IMG/VR virus record: IMGVR_UViG_3300049259_000212 | Origin: an uncultured virus (IMG/VR IMGVR_UViG_3300049259_000212) | Taxonomy: Duplodnaviria > Heunggongvirae > Uroviricota > Caudoviricetes | Strand: one strand, 5' to 3' | DNA: 64,000 bases | Shown: in pieces, positions 54,577-64,000 of the stretch | Layout: every line of letters begins with the position of its first letter | Position numbering within the stretch: position 1 is the first letter of the stretch | The notes under the pieces: model-generated | The model's input: only the letters and a program-made list of their open reading frames with translations | The model's database searches: none | What the model was told of the DNA's origin: nothing | Position numbers and translations under genes: made by a program

Positions 54577-55599
54577 TTATGGAATCTCAAAGTCGACGGC
54601 AGCGATCGACTTCGTCTTGTCTCCGTACGTTCCATCCGTCGTGTGCACGCCATACGGCCGGAACACAGCACTCGCGTAGTTTCCGACGTTGGCATCTGTG
54701 ATCTCGACGTACTTCATTGGATCGGCAGAGTAACCCTTCACGGCGTCTTTGTAGCCATCCGCGGCGATGCGGTACATGCGGTGATTGTCGTTGTGATCGA
54801 TCACGAACAGCAGCGTGTGATGCCACATCAACCAGCTACCGTTCGCGCGCTTTGTCGACTGCGCGCACACCACGAATGTCGGCAGTGACGCTCGTCGCGC
54901 GAGTAACTCTTTCGCGTCGACGGCTTTTGCATCTGGGAAGCCTGTCCGCTTCACGCCGGATCCATCGGCCACGATCGGCGAGCACGTGTCGCCGTAGCCG
55001 CGATACACGCCACCGCCCGTGATCTGATGAACTTCGGGACCGTTCTCGAGCAGATCAAAGAGCGACGGGATATTGCCTGCGTGCGTGTAGTCCTCGTTGC
55101 GACGGAGGAGCCAACCTAGAAAGAAGTTCGTCCAGCTCGAGCAGTGAAACGACGAGTACGGCCGGCCGAGCATGTTGGGCCACGTCTTGACGGAACCGCC
55201 TACGATCGCGGCACCGTATGTGACGAGGAACTTTCCGCCCTGCCACATGCCGCGACCGGGACCATAGCGAGCGTGCTTGGTCACCGCTGCGAAAAGGCCT
55301 TGAACCGCGGCCCACGTTGCTAACTCGCACGGTATTGGAGTCGGACCTGTCGGCGCTGTGGGCGCCGCGGGGATGGTCGGTTTCTTCTTCGCCACTGCGG
55401 CGTCGAGAGCTCCAAGCGTCATCGGACCAGCGATACCGTCGTCATCAAGATCGGGGCGCTCGGCCTGAAACTCCAGGACAGCTTTCGCCGTCGCCGGCCC
55501 ATAATCGCCGTCGATGTCACCTGGATTGTAGCCCGCAGCCTTCAAAAGAAGCTGGAGGTGCTCGACATCAGCGCCCTGTGAGCCTTGTTTGAGGATCAT
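54577..55599 (-). CDS. peptidoglycan-binding-domain protein (endolysin candidate)
   Basis: LKQGSQGADV..LQ..L...GY.PG.IDGDYGPAT..AV..FQ...DGIAGP.T; uncharacterised C-terminal domain. Confidence 0.8.
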   Translation of the reverse strand: MILKQGSQGADVEHLQLLLKAAGYNPGDIDGDYGPATAKAVLEFQAERPDLDDDGIAGPMTLGALDAAVAKKKPTIPAAPTAPTGPTPIPCELATWAAVQGLFAAVTKHARYGPGRGMWQGGKFLVTYGAAIVGGSVKTWPNMLGRPYSSFHCSSWTNFFLGWLLRRNEDYTHAGNIPSLFDLLENGPEVHQITGGGVYRGYGDTCSPIVADGSGVKRTGFPDAKAVDAKELLARRASLPTFVVCAQSTKRANGSWLMWHHTLLFVIDHNDNHRMYRIAADGYKDAVKGYSADPMKYVEITDANVGNYASAVFRPYGVHTTDGTYGDKTKSIAAVDFEIP

Positions 55600-55857
55600 C
55601 GGGGGATTCTACCGTCGCAAAAGGTTCGCGGCGATTTTATGGCCTTGGTAGGCTTGACTCATGAACAGAGGCCTTCTCGATAGTGGACACGTTCTCGTGG
55701 GTCAAGCGATCGCACATACCCAAGCCAACAACCTCACGCAGGCAAGTCGTGCGGTGGGACGCGCGTTTGGAATGTTCGTGCACAGCGGTCTGACGCCCGC
55801 GCAAGCCGCGCAGCGGATCAAAGCGATCGTCGACACCTTCAAGGATCTTCAGTAGAG

Positions 55858-56148
55858 GTGGCGAAGAAGAAGTCGCCAGCTCAGCTCGATCGCGAGATCG
55901 AAGCTGCCATTGGAATGGCCCCGGGCCTGCGAGGCATGGCGGCGCGCGGCCTTCAGGCTGAGGCGCGTTTCATCGAGTACGCGAGGCTGCATGGAAACTT
56001 GTCACGCGATCAAGCCGTGAAGGCACTGGCTGCCTTTCGAAAAGCCCGCGTCATCAAGTTCGACAACGTGAACGGCTCATTCCACGTCACACATGGTGAG
56101 TTTCTGGAGCCTGACGTGCTTCGTCGCGCGGCTGGAATAGACGCGTAG
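55858..56148 (+). CDS. hypothetical protein with N-terminal AQLDREI motif
   Basis: MAKKKSPAQLDREIEAAI. Confidence 0.7.
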   Translation: MAKKKSPAQLDREIEAAIGMAPGLRGMAARGLQAEARFIEYARLHGNLSRDQAVKALAAFRKARVIKFDNVNGSFHVTHGEFLEPDVLRRAAGIDA

Positions 56149-56149
56149 A

Positions 56150-56611
56150 TCAGCCCACGTACCAGCGAAACCCGCCGCTGGGATGGAACTCGCGAACCGC
56201 CATCCTGCGACCCTTACCAGGACCCCAGTAACGACCATCGCTCGTGTACTCGCCACTGACGGCCGCGTAGCTCTCGTCCTTGGGTGCCTTGCTCATCGCG
56301 CCCTTGAGCGTTGAACTCTCACCAAGGATATTGCCGGCTCGATCGGTCAACGTGAACTTCTCATCCATGTCGCGCAAGCGTGCCGAGTACGCGCCGCCCT
56401 GGAGAGCAAGCTGCTTCGTGCCGAACCGCGATTTCTGGATCTCGTTGATCTCGAAGTCGTGCGCTTCGCGCATGTCCTTGCCCGTATGGTCGTTGACGAG
56501 CATGTATCGTCGACCACGTGGATAGCCCGGTGTCGTGGACGCTTCACGCCGCGCCGCGAGAGCTTCCGCGATCTCGCGGTCCATTTGCGCTGGCGTCTTC
56601 TTCTTCGCCAC
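56150..56611 (-). CDS. hypothetical protein with N-terminal AQMDREI motif
   Basis: MAKKKTPAQMDREIAEALAARR. Confidence 0.7.
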   Translation of the reverse strand: MAKKKTPAQMDREIAEALAARREASTTPGYPRGRRYMLVNDHTGKDMREAHDFEINEIQKSRFGTKQLALQGGAYSARLRDMDEKFTLTDRAGNILGESSTLKGAMSKAPKDESYAAVSGEYTSDGRYWGPGKGRRMAVREFHPSGGFRWYVG

Positions 56612-56614
56612 GGC

Positions 56615-56857
56615 TTAGGTGCTTTTGTCGCCAGACGTGTCGAACTTGTGGTCGAAGTCGGCGTCTGCTTCCTTGCGATCTTCGGCGAGCTTGGCGTGCA
56701 TCGCATCGCGCTCGCTCACAGCCTGAGCGAGCACGTCCTTGAGAGACGCCGTGCTGTCGTCGAGGTCTTTCTTCGCCTTGGCGATCGCCTCAGCGAGTGC
56801 TTCTGCGCCTGTGATCGCGAGTTGGATCAGCTTGATCGTACCTTCGAGGTCGCTCAT
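56615..56857 (-). CDS. small coiled-coil protein (possible lysis accessory)
   Basis: overlaps the upstream lipoprotein gene; helical. Confidence 0.45.
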   Translation of the reverse strand: MSDLEGTIKLIQLAITGAEALAEAIAKAKKDLDDSTASLKDVLAQAVSERDAMHAKLAEDRKEADADFDHKFDTSGDKST

Positions 56858-57246
56858 TTGAACTCCTTCAGCTTCTTCGCGATTTCGATCGCTTCGGCGG
56901 TTGCTGCGACAGCATTGGCGACGCTCTTATCGTCCGCGAGCAGTGCGGCGTCGTGAATCGCACGATATCCGATGTCGAGCGCAACGATCACGTTATCGAC
57001 CTTCACGCGCCACGCGTCGACTTGTGCGTGACCTTGCTCTTGCGTACACGCGGGCGGATTGCAGGCGTCGTAGAGCTGTTTCTCGTGCTCCTTGCTTAAC
57101 GCGAGCGTGGTGTCACGCGCAGCATTGAGCGACACGAGGCTCACGCGAAGAGCCTTGGTCTGCGCGCTCGCGCCGCATGCAGCGGCGAGAAAGCACAGCA
57201 ACAGGAGAGCGGCAACGATGAAAGGAGATCTGCGTCGCAAAAGCAT
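56854..57246 (-). CDS. putative lipoprotein (possible lysis accessory)
   Basis: basic N-terminus, hydrophobic stretch, LAAAC lipobox; TAGGCT 7 nt upstream. Confidence 0.55.
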   Translation of the reverse strand: MLLRRRSPFIVAALLLLCFLAAACGASAQTKALRVSLVSLNAARDTTLALSKEHEKQLYDACNPPACTQEQGHAQVDAWRVKVDNVIVALDIGYRAIHDAALLADDKSVANAVAATAEAIEIAKKLKEFK

Positions 57247-57303
57247 GAAGCGAAGCCTACTCCCTTCGAATAGAGGGGTCAAAGAGTTGGGCTAGGCTGG
57301 GAC

Positions 57304-57822
57304 ATGACTAAAGCGCCCAACATCCGACCTGTTGATGGAGAGCTACTCGCCGAACGCGTCCACGACCTCGTGCGTGAAGTGACCGCGCAGGGCCCGATGC
57401 ATACACGTTCGTATCTTCCGATGACGGGCGAAAAGACGATGATTCTACCGGGCAAAACCGTCGAGATCCGAACCCATCCGCAGATTCCGTTTCGCGGTGA
57501 TCGGCTTGTCGTATGGAGTGGCTCAGCGCCGTACTTCATGATCGAGGACATTCGCGTTGGGAACCGTGCCATCGGCGTTCAGGCTGGTTCGATTCCAGCG
57601 GACGCTTACGCGACACGACTCGACATGCTGCCGGTACTCGATACAGCACTCGAAAAAAACGGCGTAGTGACGATCAGGGTGTCGAAGATGGCAGAGGAGT
57701 GCTTTGGTCAATTGATCGCGCTCCCGCTCGCACGCTCCGGCACGCAGATCACACTCGTGGTTACGAATGTCAGTGCCGAGCCGCGCTGGTGGCGAGCGGG
57801 CTTCCTTGGCGCGGTGGAATGA
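57304..57822 (+). CDS. beta-sandwich-type hypothetical protein
   Basis: PQIPFRGDRLVV...F.IEDIRVGN...ITL.VTN; TAGGCT 5 nt upstream. Confidence 0.6.
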   Translation: MTKAPNIRPVDGELLAERVHDLVREVTAQGPMHTRSYLPMTGEKTMILPGKTVEIRTHPQIPFRGDRLVVWSGSAPYFMIEDIRVGNRAIGVQAGSIPADAYATRLDMLPVLDTALEKNGVVTIRVSKMAEECFGQLIALPLARSGTQITLVVTNVSAEPRWWRAGFLGAVE

Positions 57823-58039
57823 TCAGCGCAGCTGCTCGTATGCCGCACGACAGTGCGGACAGTTTGCGTTCTGCGGCCAATGTCCGGTCACGCAATCGTT
57901 GTCACCGTTGAGGCCGGTGAACTCAAGCAGCCATATTACCGCAGAACATCTGCATTACGCTCACGGGTACACGCGCGTCCGTTACGGATTGGAGTACACG
58001 AGGTCGAAGGATGTGGATGACGCGCACAACTCGACAGTA

Positions 58040-58462
58040 TCAGTGTCCGAAGCGCCTAGTTCCCATGAAGGAAGGGGCCCGGATCACGACAGCTCGAACA
58101 CTTTCGGCTCCCAAGATATAGAGTGCCAGGGAGCGATGGTTTCCTTCCGAGATGTAGTATCCGCCGCTCGGACGTACCATCACCTGGATGTGATCGCCAA
58201 AATCGTACATTGACGCGGCGCCTTTTTCGACGAGCCAGCGTAAGGCTTCGCGTTGCGCGGGCCACCCTTTGTGGGAAGGCACGGCCTCACCTGTGTAGGC
58301 TGCTTTGACTCTCTTCGCGAGCTTGATGAACGGCAGGTTGAACAACGTGCCGTATTCGAATACGTCACGAAAGCCGTACTTTCGCCCGCGATGGACTCCG
58401 ATCTCAGCGTGGAAAATCACGAGATCCTTCACAGGGATCGTGATCGGATCGTTCTTGCCCAT
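58040..58462 (-). CDS. ParB/Srx-like domain protein
   Basis: I.V.....[13 protein letters not shown]...V.A.V. Confidence 0.6.
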   Translation of the reverse strand: MGKNDPITIPVKDLVIFHAEIGVHRGRKYGFRDVFEYGTLFNLPFIKLAKRVKAAYTGEAVPSHKGWPAQREALRWLVEKGAASMYDFGDHIQVMVRPSGGYYISEGNHRSLALYILGAESVRAVVIRAPSFMGTRRFGH

Positions 58463-58560
58463 GCTGCCTAAGCCTATTCCGAAGACGTGCCGCTGTGCAT
58501 AGAACGCGTACCTTTCGCCAAAAATTGGCGCGCTTCGCGAGATCCGAAGATACTGCGCGC

Positions 58561-60096
58561 ATGGCTGAAATCACCCGGCGTATCCCTGACTGCGGAGACT
58601 GTGAAGAAGGCGAGCGCGGTCCTCGTGGCCCGCGTGGCCGCACTGGCGATGACGGCGCCACGGGTCCGACGGGCCCGACCAACGGTCCCACCGGATCGAC
58701 AGGCCCCACTGGTCCGTCGGGCGGTCCGACGGGCCCTACCGGCCCCACGGGTGCTACGGGAGCTACCGGCCCCACTGGTGCCACTGGCGCGACTGGCGCG
58801 CGAGGCGCCACTGGTCCGACGGGTTCGAACGGCGCCACGGGCCCAACGGGTTCGACCGGCTCGACCGGGCCCACCACGCTTGCGCAGCAGAATGCGGGTG
58901 TCGCTGTCACGGGCGGCCCCTTCAACGCGCAGAACTTCGTAGGTGCTGGTGTCCAAGTGACGAACGGCGGCTCGGGGCTCGCGACAGTGACGATCCCGAA
59001 TGCTGTTGTCGTGTTCCGTCCGGGCGGTACAGCGGGCGGCAATGTGTACACGACGTGGGCATCCGCTCTGGCGGCGCTGGCGTTGGTCAACGGCAAGAAG
59101 ACCCTCCAGTTCGATGATTCGATCACGTCGCCGATCGTGCTGCCGACCGGCTCGTTCGACATGACCGATACGGAGTGGATCGGTGCCCGTCCGCCGAATG
59201 ATAGCTCGGTTCAGGTGACCATTTCGGATGGCACCTCGCTTCCGAACCTGTATCAGCTCGGCAGCGATCTGACGATCACGAACCTCAACGCAACCACCGC
59301 GCCGGTCGTGATTCCCGCAGGTGCGAGTGTCACCATCGAGATCGGTTTCTCGCCCTCGGGCGCGTACACCCAGCTCGTGAACAATGGCGCTGCGCCCTTC
59401 TTCGATTGCAGTGCCGGCGGTGCAGGCTTTTTCGCCTTCTTCCGCGTGCAAGGTCGTTTCTCGGGCACGTCACCCATGGTGAGCTTTGGTGCGGCTGCAC
59501 CAACGTCTGCCTTGGGCAACGCCGGCATCATTCTGCTCGACAATGCGCAGATCTACTCGAACATGTTCGCTGGCACGAACGGCGCGCAGATGCTGACGTT
59601 GCTCTATGCGGGAACGACAGCAACGTTCGGCAACATCGCTTCATCGGTGTTCGCGGGTACGGTCGTGCAGCCCAAGCCGAACGGCGGATTTGGTTCGCCA
59701 GGCTTCGAGCGTCAGTGGCTCATTCCGGCGCCGCCCACGGTGCCGAGCATTGCCCCGCTCGCCGTTGTCGATGGTCTCGGCATGGGCACGCTGCTTCGGT
59801 TCAACACGACCGCTGCTGCCATCGCGCAGACGCTCCCCAAGATCAAGAGCGCTTCCACGACTTCCGGCGTCAATCCTGCGTCGACGCCAGGTATCACCGA
59901 CGGCGTTTTGATCTCGACCGGTATCCCGGTCACGGTCAAGAACCAGGTCGGCGCGAATGACGTTAACGTGTCACCAACGGCTGGTGACACGATCGAAGGG
60001 AGCGCGACTCCTGTCGCGGTCCCCCCGGGCGGCAGCACTACCTTCGTGTCGGATGGCCAGAGCAACTGGATTATCATCGCCAGCTACGTGCCCTAA
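58561..60096 (+). CDS. collagen-like fibre-type protein
   Basis: [24 protein letters not shown]-terminus, GPT repeats, C-terminal GDTIEG...SDG.SNW.I tail-fibre-like motif. Confidence 0.82.
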   Translation: MAEITRRIPDCGDCEEGERGPRGPRGRTGDDGATGPTGPTNGPTGSTGPTGPSGGPTGPTGPTGATGATGPTGATGATGARGATGPTGSNGATGPTGSTGSTGPTTLAQQNAGVAVTGGPFNAQNFVGAGVQVTNGGSGLATVTIPNAVVVFRPGGTAGGNVYTTWASALAALALVNGKKTLQFDDSITSPIVLPTGSFDMTDTEWIGARPPNDSSVQVTISDGTSLPNLYQLGSDLTITNLNATTAPVVIPAGASVTIEIGFSPSGAYTQLVNNGAAPFFDCSAGGAGFFAFFRVQGRFSGTSPMVSFGAAAPTSALGNAGIILLDNAQIYSNMFAGTNGAQMLTLLYAGTTATFGNIASSVFAGTVVQPKPNGGFGSPGFERQWLIPAPPTVPSIAPLAVVDGLGMGTLLRFNTTAAAIAQTLPKIKSASTTSGVNPASTPGITDGVLISTGIPVTVKNQVGANDVNVSPTAGDTIEGSATPVAVPPGGSTTFVSDGQSNWIIIASYVP

Positions 60097-60117
60097 GCAC
60101 GACATCTGAAAGGATCT

Positions 60118-60150
60118 CTACGGGCCTCAGAAGAGGCCCGTAGTCGTTTT
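60118..60150 (+). terminator. rho-independent terminator
   Basis: CTACGGGCCTC-AGAA-GAGGCCCGTAG followed by TCGTTTT, after the fibre gene. Confidence 0.7.
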
Positions 60151-60836
60151 CGGCGTAGTATCCACGACACATGACTGCTGACGAATACATCGATCACATG
60201 CGCGCGTTTGATCCGTACTACGGACGTCAGGAACACCAGCGCGACTTCGCTGTGCGAATCACGGACGGCACGATCAAGCCGAGCTCGGAGGCCTCGAAGG
60301 CCGGCCTCGACGCGGCCGCTGAAAGCCTGGAGAAGCTTCGCGCGAAGCTATCGCCGCCGCTGCATCCCAGCACCTGAGGTAGACTCGCTGCATGTCCAAC
60401 GCGCGCGGCGAGTATGGCTCTCGCCCCTTCATCGGAGCTGAGCCCTCATCCATCAATGGCGCGCTTCCCTGGCTCGTCGGTGGTGCTCTCGCCACGCTCG
60501 GCCTGCTGGCCGCGGCTGGATACTCCAAACGGCCCCGTGAGACCATTACGGAGCACCAGAAGGAAGTGCGCGCGTGGGAGCGCGCATTCCCGGGGCTGCC
60601 TTGGTACATGGACCAAGTGAAGGATAGCCGGCAGCTCGCAGTGTGGGAGCGCGCTCGGGATCAGTGGGAACAGACGCACGGATGATCGACACGCATTGCC
60701 GTCACGCGCGTTGTTGCCAGTGCGGAGCGGAACAAGGAACACCCGCCCGTAGCGAAGAATGTCCTGAGGTATGGGTGCGGAAAGAACTCTCCGCGAAGCA
60801 TGTGACGCGACCGTTGCCGCGGAAGTTATCGCCCCG

Positions 60837-61091
60837 TCAACGATAGACGTGGATCATCTTCGCGCCGAACATCGTGATCGTATAGAAGCGGCGCGGTGTG
60901 TCGGTACCGTCAGGGACCTCACGACCTCGAATCAGCCCTCGATCTTCCATGTTGGATAGAAGGACGTAGAGCGTGCTTCTCGACAGAACACCGTTTGAGT
61001 CAGCGACGAGATCGAGACCGTACTTAGGCTTATCGTCGAGCTGCTCAAGCACATTCTGTTCTTTCGCGGAGATCGCGGGAACCGCTGTCAT
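60837..61091 (-). CDS. PadR-family winged-helix regulator
   Basis: YGLDL......S..TLY..L..ME.RGLI...RRFYTIT..G. Confidence 0.85.
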   Translation of the reverse strand: MTAVPAISAKEQNVLEQLDDKPKYGLDLVADSNGVLSRSTLYVLLSNMEDRGLIRGREVPDGTDTPRRFYTITMFGAKMIHVYR

Positions 61092-61407
61092 GCATCACCT
61101 TTCTTGAGCGCTTCATAGCGTTCGCGGATGTCTTCGTAGGACAACGATTCCTTGAGACAGCCAACCGCCTCGGCCGCCGCGTCTATCGCGTCGACCATGT
61201 GCATCACCTTGCGGTGCGTACGTTCGATGGAGATGTATCGCAAGAGGTACCCGAATGCTTGGCCCGCGGGCCCGACCGCGTCCATGTTGCGCGCTGCGAT
61301 TTCGGCAGCGTCCTCCGAGATGTCGAGCTCGTCGATCGCACGGTTCGCAAATGCGGTTCGAAAACGGAGCCACATGTCGAACAGCGGGTCGATGGGATCG
61401 TCCGCGC

Positions 61408-61764
61408 TCACCGTAGCTTCCACGCAGTAGCTCGAGACGGCTTGGAAACGCGCCCCGTCTTGCGCTGAATCTTGAGGCGCCGAACCATTTCCTTGGCCTT
61501 CACGAGCAAGTTCGCCAGCGCATACATCGACGGATCGTACTGTCCACTGGCATCAACGTAGCCCGAACCGACGCGCTTCATCGCCGCGGCATGCTTCTGC
61601 GCGTCTTTCACGGCTGCGATCAACGCGTCGGGATCCTTGGAGCGATAGATCGCATGCTCGATCGCCGAAACATAGGGAGCAGCCGTGGCAACTGCGGCAT
61701 GACCACGTCGGCTACCAAGTCTCTCTGCGATTTCACGATCCAACTGCGATCCGGTCTTGCGCAT
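61408..61764 (-). CDS. hypothetical protein with N-terminal SQLDREI motif
   Basis: MRKTGSQLDREIAERLGSRRGHA. Confidence 0.7.
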   Translation of the reverse strand: MRKTGSQLDREIAERLGSRRGHAAVATAAPYVSAIEHAIYRSKDPDALIAAVKDAQKHAAAMKRVGSGYVDASGQYDPSMYALANLLVKAKEMVRRLKIQRKTGRVSKPSRATAWKLR

Positions 61765-62227
61765 GGCTCATCCTACGGTGCGGTGGCGCGCGACGCGAAT
61801 CTCTTGTTTCACGCGAGGATCTTTGTTGTTGGCAGGCCCCATCGGTAGCCACGCGCCGCACACCGTGCAGACTTCCGCGTCAGGACCCTCGAATAGACGG
61901 AAGAGCGATTGGACGCGAGGGAGATGATCGATCCAGGTGCCGAACCACCGCCAATACTGCTGCACCTCAGGGTGTTTGCAGCGTCGGTTCATACGGCACC
62001 GGACGGCTTCGTTTTGTCTACTCCACCCACGCTCAGGAGCTGTCGATCCTCTAGCGATCCTTCGTGGCCGTTGTCCCATCGAACACGGATACGTGCTCGT
62101 GTTCCACCACTCGCGTTTGGTGCAGTGATCACTTTCAATACGGTACCAGCGAGAGTTCCTGGAATGCCACTAGAGCCCACAGCGCTGTTTCGCGTGACGC
62201 GATCTCCCACGCGAAATCGTCTTCTCG

Positions 62228-62962
62228 TCATGTAGGCAATCCGAGTGCCTTGCGGCACGGTTTACAGGTGACGTTGTCCGGATCGTTCGTCTTGAGCAGG
62301 TGCGCCGTCTTCGCTGCCATTCCTTTGCAGCACGTCGTGATGCGATTACCCGCGGCACGAGGGATGAGGCGCTCCATGTGAACCGTCGGTTTTTTGGTCT
62401 CGGCTCCCGTCGTCGGGTATTTCTCCGGCGCCCAGGTCGCGATCACCTTCTCGTAGGTCTTAACCGCGTTCTGCCAGTAGTCACGCTCGTTCTCGGCCTT
62501 GGCGACGCGACGGCTCTTCTCACGCTCATACGATGGCGCGCCCGTGCGCTGTTGATCGTACGGCAGCTCCACGCCATGCTTGAGCGTGATGGGGTTCTTC
62601 GTGTCGAACGGCTTGCCACGGACATTGTACAATGTTCGGTACCAAACGAGGTCTGGGTTCGTTGCCAGATGATCGATGTTCTCTTGCGCGCGAGCGACGC
62701 CCGTCTGGGCGTGTTCGAGAGCCCAGCGCGCACCCTCGTCTGAAAGTCCGAGATGGGGGAAACGAACTCCCTGACACGGGCCCGTGTGGAAACCCCCGGT
62801 ATGTCCATGGCGAACGCCGACAGCGGAGAAACCGTGTCGGATCGGGTGATCACCGTACAGCTGCATTGGACGAAGGCAGACGCTGCACGTGCCGGCGAGC
62901 TTGTCGGTGGGAGTCATGGTCTCTTCTTCTGCGAGTACCACGCCAGCGTACACGAGTGCCAA
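62228..62962 (-). CDS. Cys/His-containing hypothetical protein
   Basis: GTCSVC.R...HG...C.G; C-terminal VTCKPC. Confidence 0.55.
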   Translation of the reverse strand: MALVYAGVVLAEEETMTPTDKLAGTCSVCLRPMQLYGDHPIRHGFSAVGVRHGHTGGFHTGPCQGVRFPHLGLSDEGARWALEHAQTGVARAQENIDHLATNPDLVWYRTLYNVRGKPFDTKNPITLKHGVELPYDQQRTGAPSYEREKSRRVAKAENERDYWQNAVKTYEKVIATWAPEKYPTTGAETKKPTVHMERLIPRAAGNRITTCCKGMAAKTAHLLKTNDPDNVTCKPCRKALGLPT

Positions 62963-63220
62963 GTTCGCGATTCGCGGCTGTGCAACCGCGCGGAGTGTGT
63001 GGACGTGTGGACATGTGGACGCCTCGAGACAGGTCCGCGGCTACCCGGATACCGATTTTGAAGGCGAGGTCCAGGTCCACTCGGATCACGTTGGCGCATA
63101 CGCAGTGAAACAGTGAAACGCAGGTTTGGGTTCGCGGCGGACGTCGAAATCGACGGCGTCGCAGGTGAGGATGGCACAAGAAGGAACTTGAGACGATGTG
63201 CCGTCATGGAGCGTCACGGA

Positions 63221-63589
63221 CTAGCGGTACTTGCTCTGGTTAAATCGTTTCGCACTATCCACACGTGAGAGAGCGATCCGTTCGTCAAGTGTGCCGGCGT
63301 AGAACTGCTCGATGGCGACGAGAGCGTCCTGATCGCGCTGGTTGAGCTTCCAGCCCTTCTTGGCGCGATCGGCAGCCTTCTTGCGGAGCCGTTGCTCTTC
63401 GACCGCGATCCGCGACGTGGGAAACAGCTTCGCGCATCCGCTCATCGCCGCAAGTTGACGACCGTCCTCGACGACGAAATGGTGGATGTAGCGCCCCGTC
63501 GCGCCGCAGTGCGGGCACGAGCTGTCCGGCGAGTCGTCCGTTCCGAGGAAGCGCACGATGCGAGGCAGCTCCGTCTCGGGACCTGTCAC
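63221..63589 (-). CDS. hypothetical protein
   Basis: GGGGAG RBS before GTG; CPHCG...C. Confidence 0.5.
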   Translation of the reverse strand: MTGPETELPRIVRFLGTDDSPDSSCPHCGATGRYIHHFVVEDGRQLAAMSGCAKLFPTSRIAVEEQRLRKKAADRAKKGWKLNQRDQDALVAIEQFYAGTLDERIALSRVDSAKRFNQSKYR

Positions 63590-64000
63590 TTCACTCCCCG
63601 AACAATCGCCTCGCGCGCGGTCCAGCGCTTTCGACACGCGGGGCACGTGACATGCTCGATCATGTCCGTGTACGAGACGTCCTTGAACGGAAGCTCCTTG
63701 CCACAGAGCGAGACCTGCCCCTTCACGGAGTAATGCGTAGGGCGTGTCACACGTGGATGCACGATCAGTAACCCATCTCATCGTTGTACGCCTCGACGCC
63801 GTGGAGCATGCCGGCTTCCATGGCTCGCTCGTGCTGCCACTCGCGATCGCTGCGGGCATTCTCGGCGCGGCGGCGACGCTGGCTCGGCTGATCGGGCTGC
63901 GCGGTGACCTCGTGGACGTCGGGGCCGTCGATCATGACGAACTCCCAGTCGATGCAGTGCTTGGCGATCCCAGCCGTTGGGAACATGCAGGTCTCGCGGT

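Noticed and set aside
1..64000. Genome-wide stop-codon reassignment
   Set aside because: Long genes are intact under code 11, and many genes end in TAG or TGA with tight overlaps; only one amber-split gene was noticed.

Overview
This GC-rich, gene-dense window looks like part of a large bacteriophage genome (or a phage-like element). It has no core housekeeping genes, many short overlapping ORFs, tRNA clusters, lysis genes and fibre-like proteins; no terminase, portal or confirmed major capsid gene is visible. Bases 1-15000 form an RNA and translation-rescue island: an HNH nuclease, five canonical tRNAs, a Ro60/TROVE gene followed by three covarying Y-RNA-like stems (one YrlA-type), and a minus-strand run of tmRNA (tag ANDNTVSVALAAA), an amber-interrupted HExxH ORF, a ~375-nt structured RNA candidate, a Pth2-like gene and several tRNA-like RNAs with intact bodies but aberrant anticodon arms. 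These are followed by tRNA-Met, two 8/4-type tRNA-Ser and a truncated RF1-type release factor that needs a prfB-style +1 frameshift (GGAGG-N3-CTT-TGA-C). Bases 15000-29000 carry a methyltransferase, rmlA/C/D and a glycosyltransferase next to collagen-like (Gly-X-Thr) fibre genes. Bases 29000-64000 hold mostly small hypothetical ORFs and a lysis module. Across the window, seven unrelated small proteins share a K(S/T)xAQLDREIxxxL peptide, and many genes have TAGGCT/TANNNT 5-9 nt before the start codon, suggesting leaderless expression. All family calls come from motif recognition by eye, and RNA folds were paired by hand; no database searches were run.
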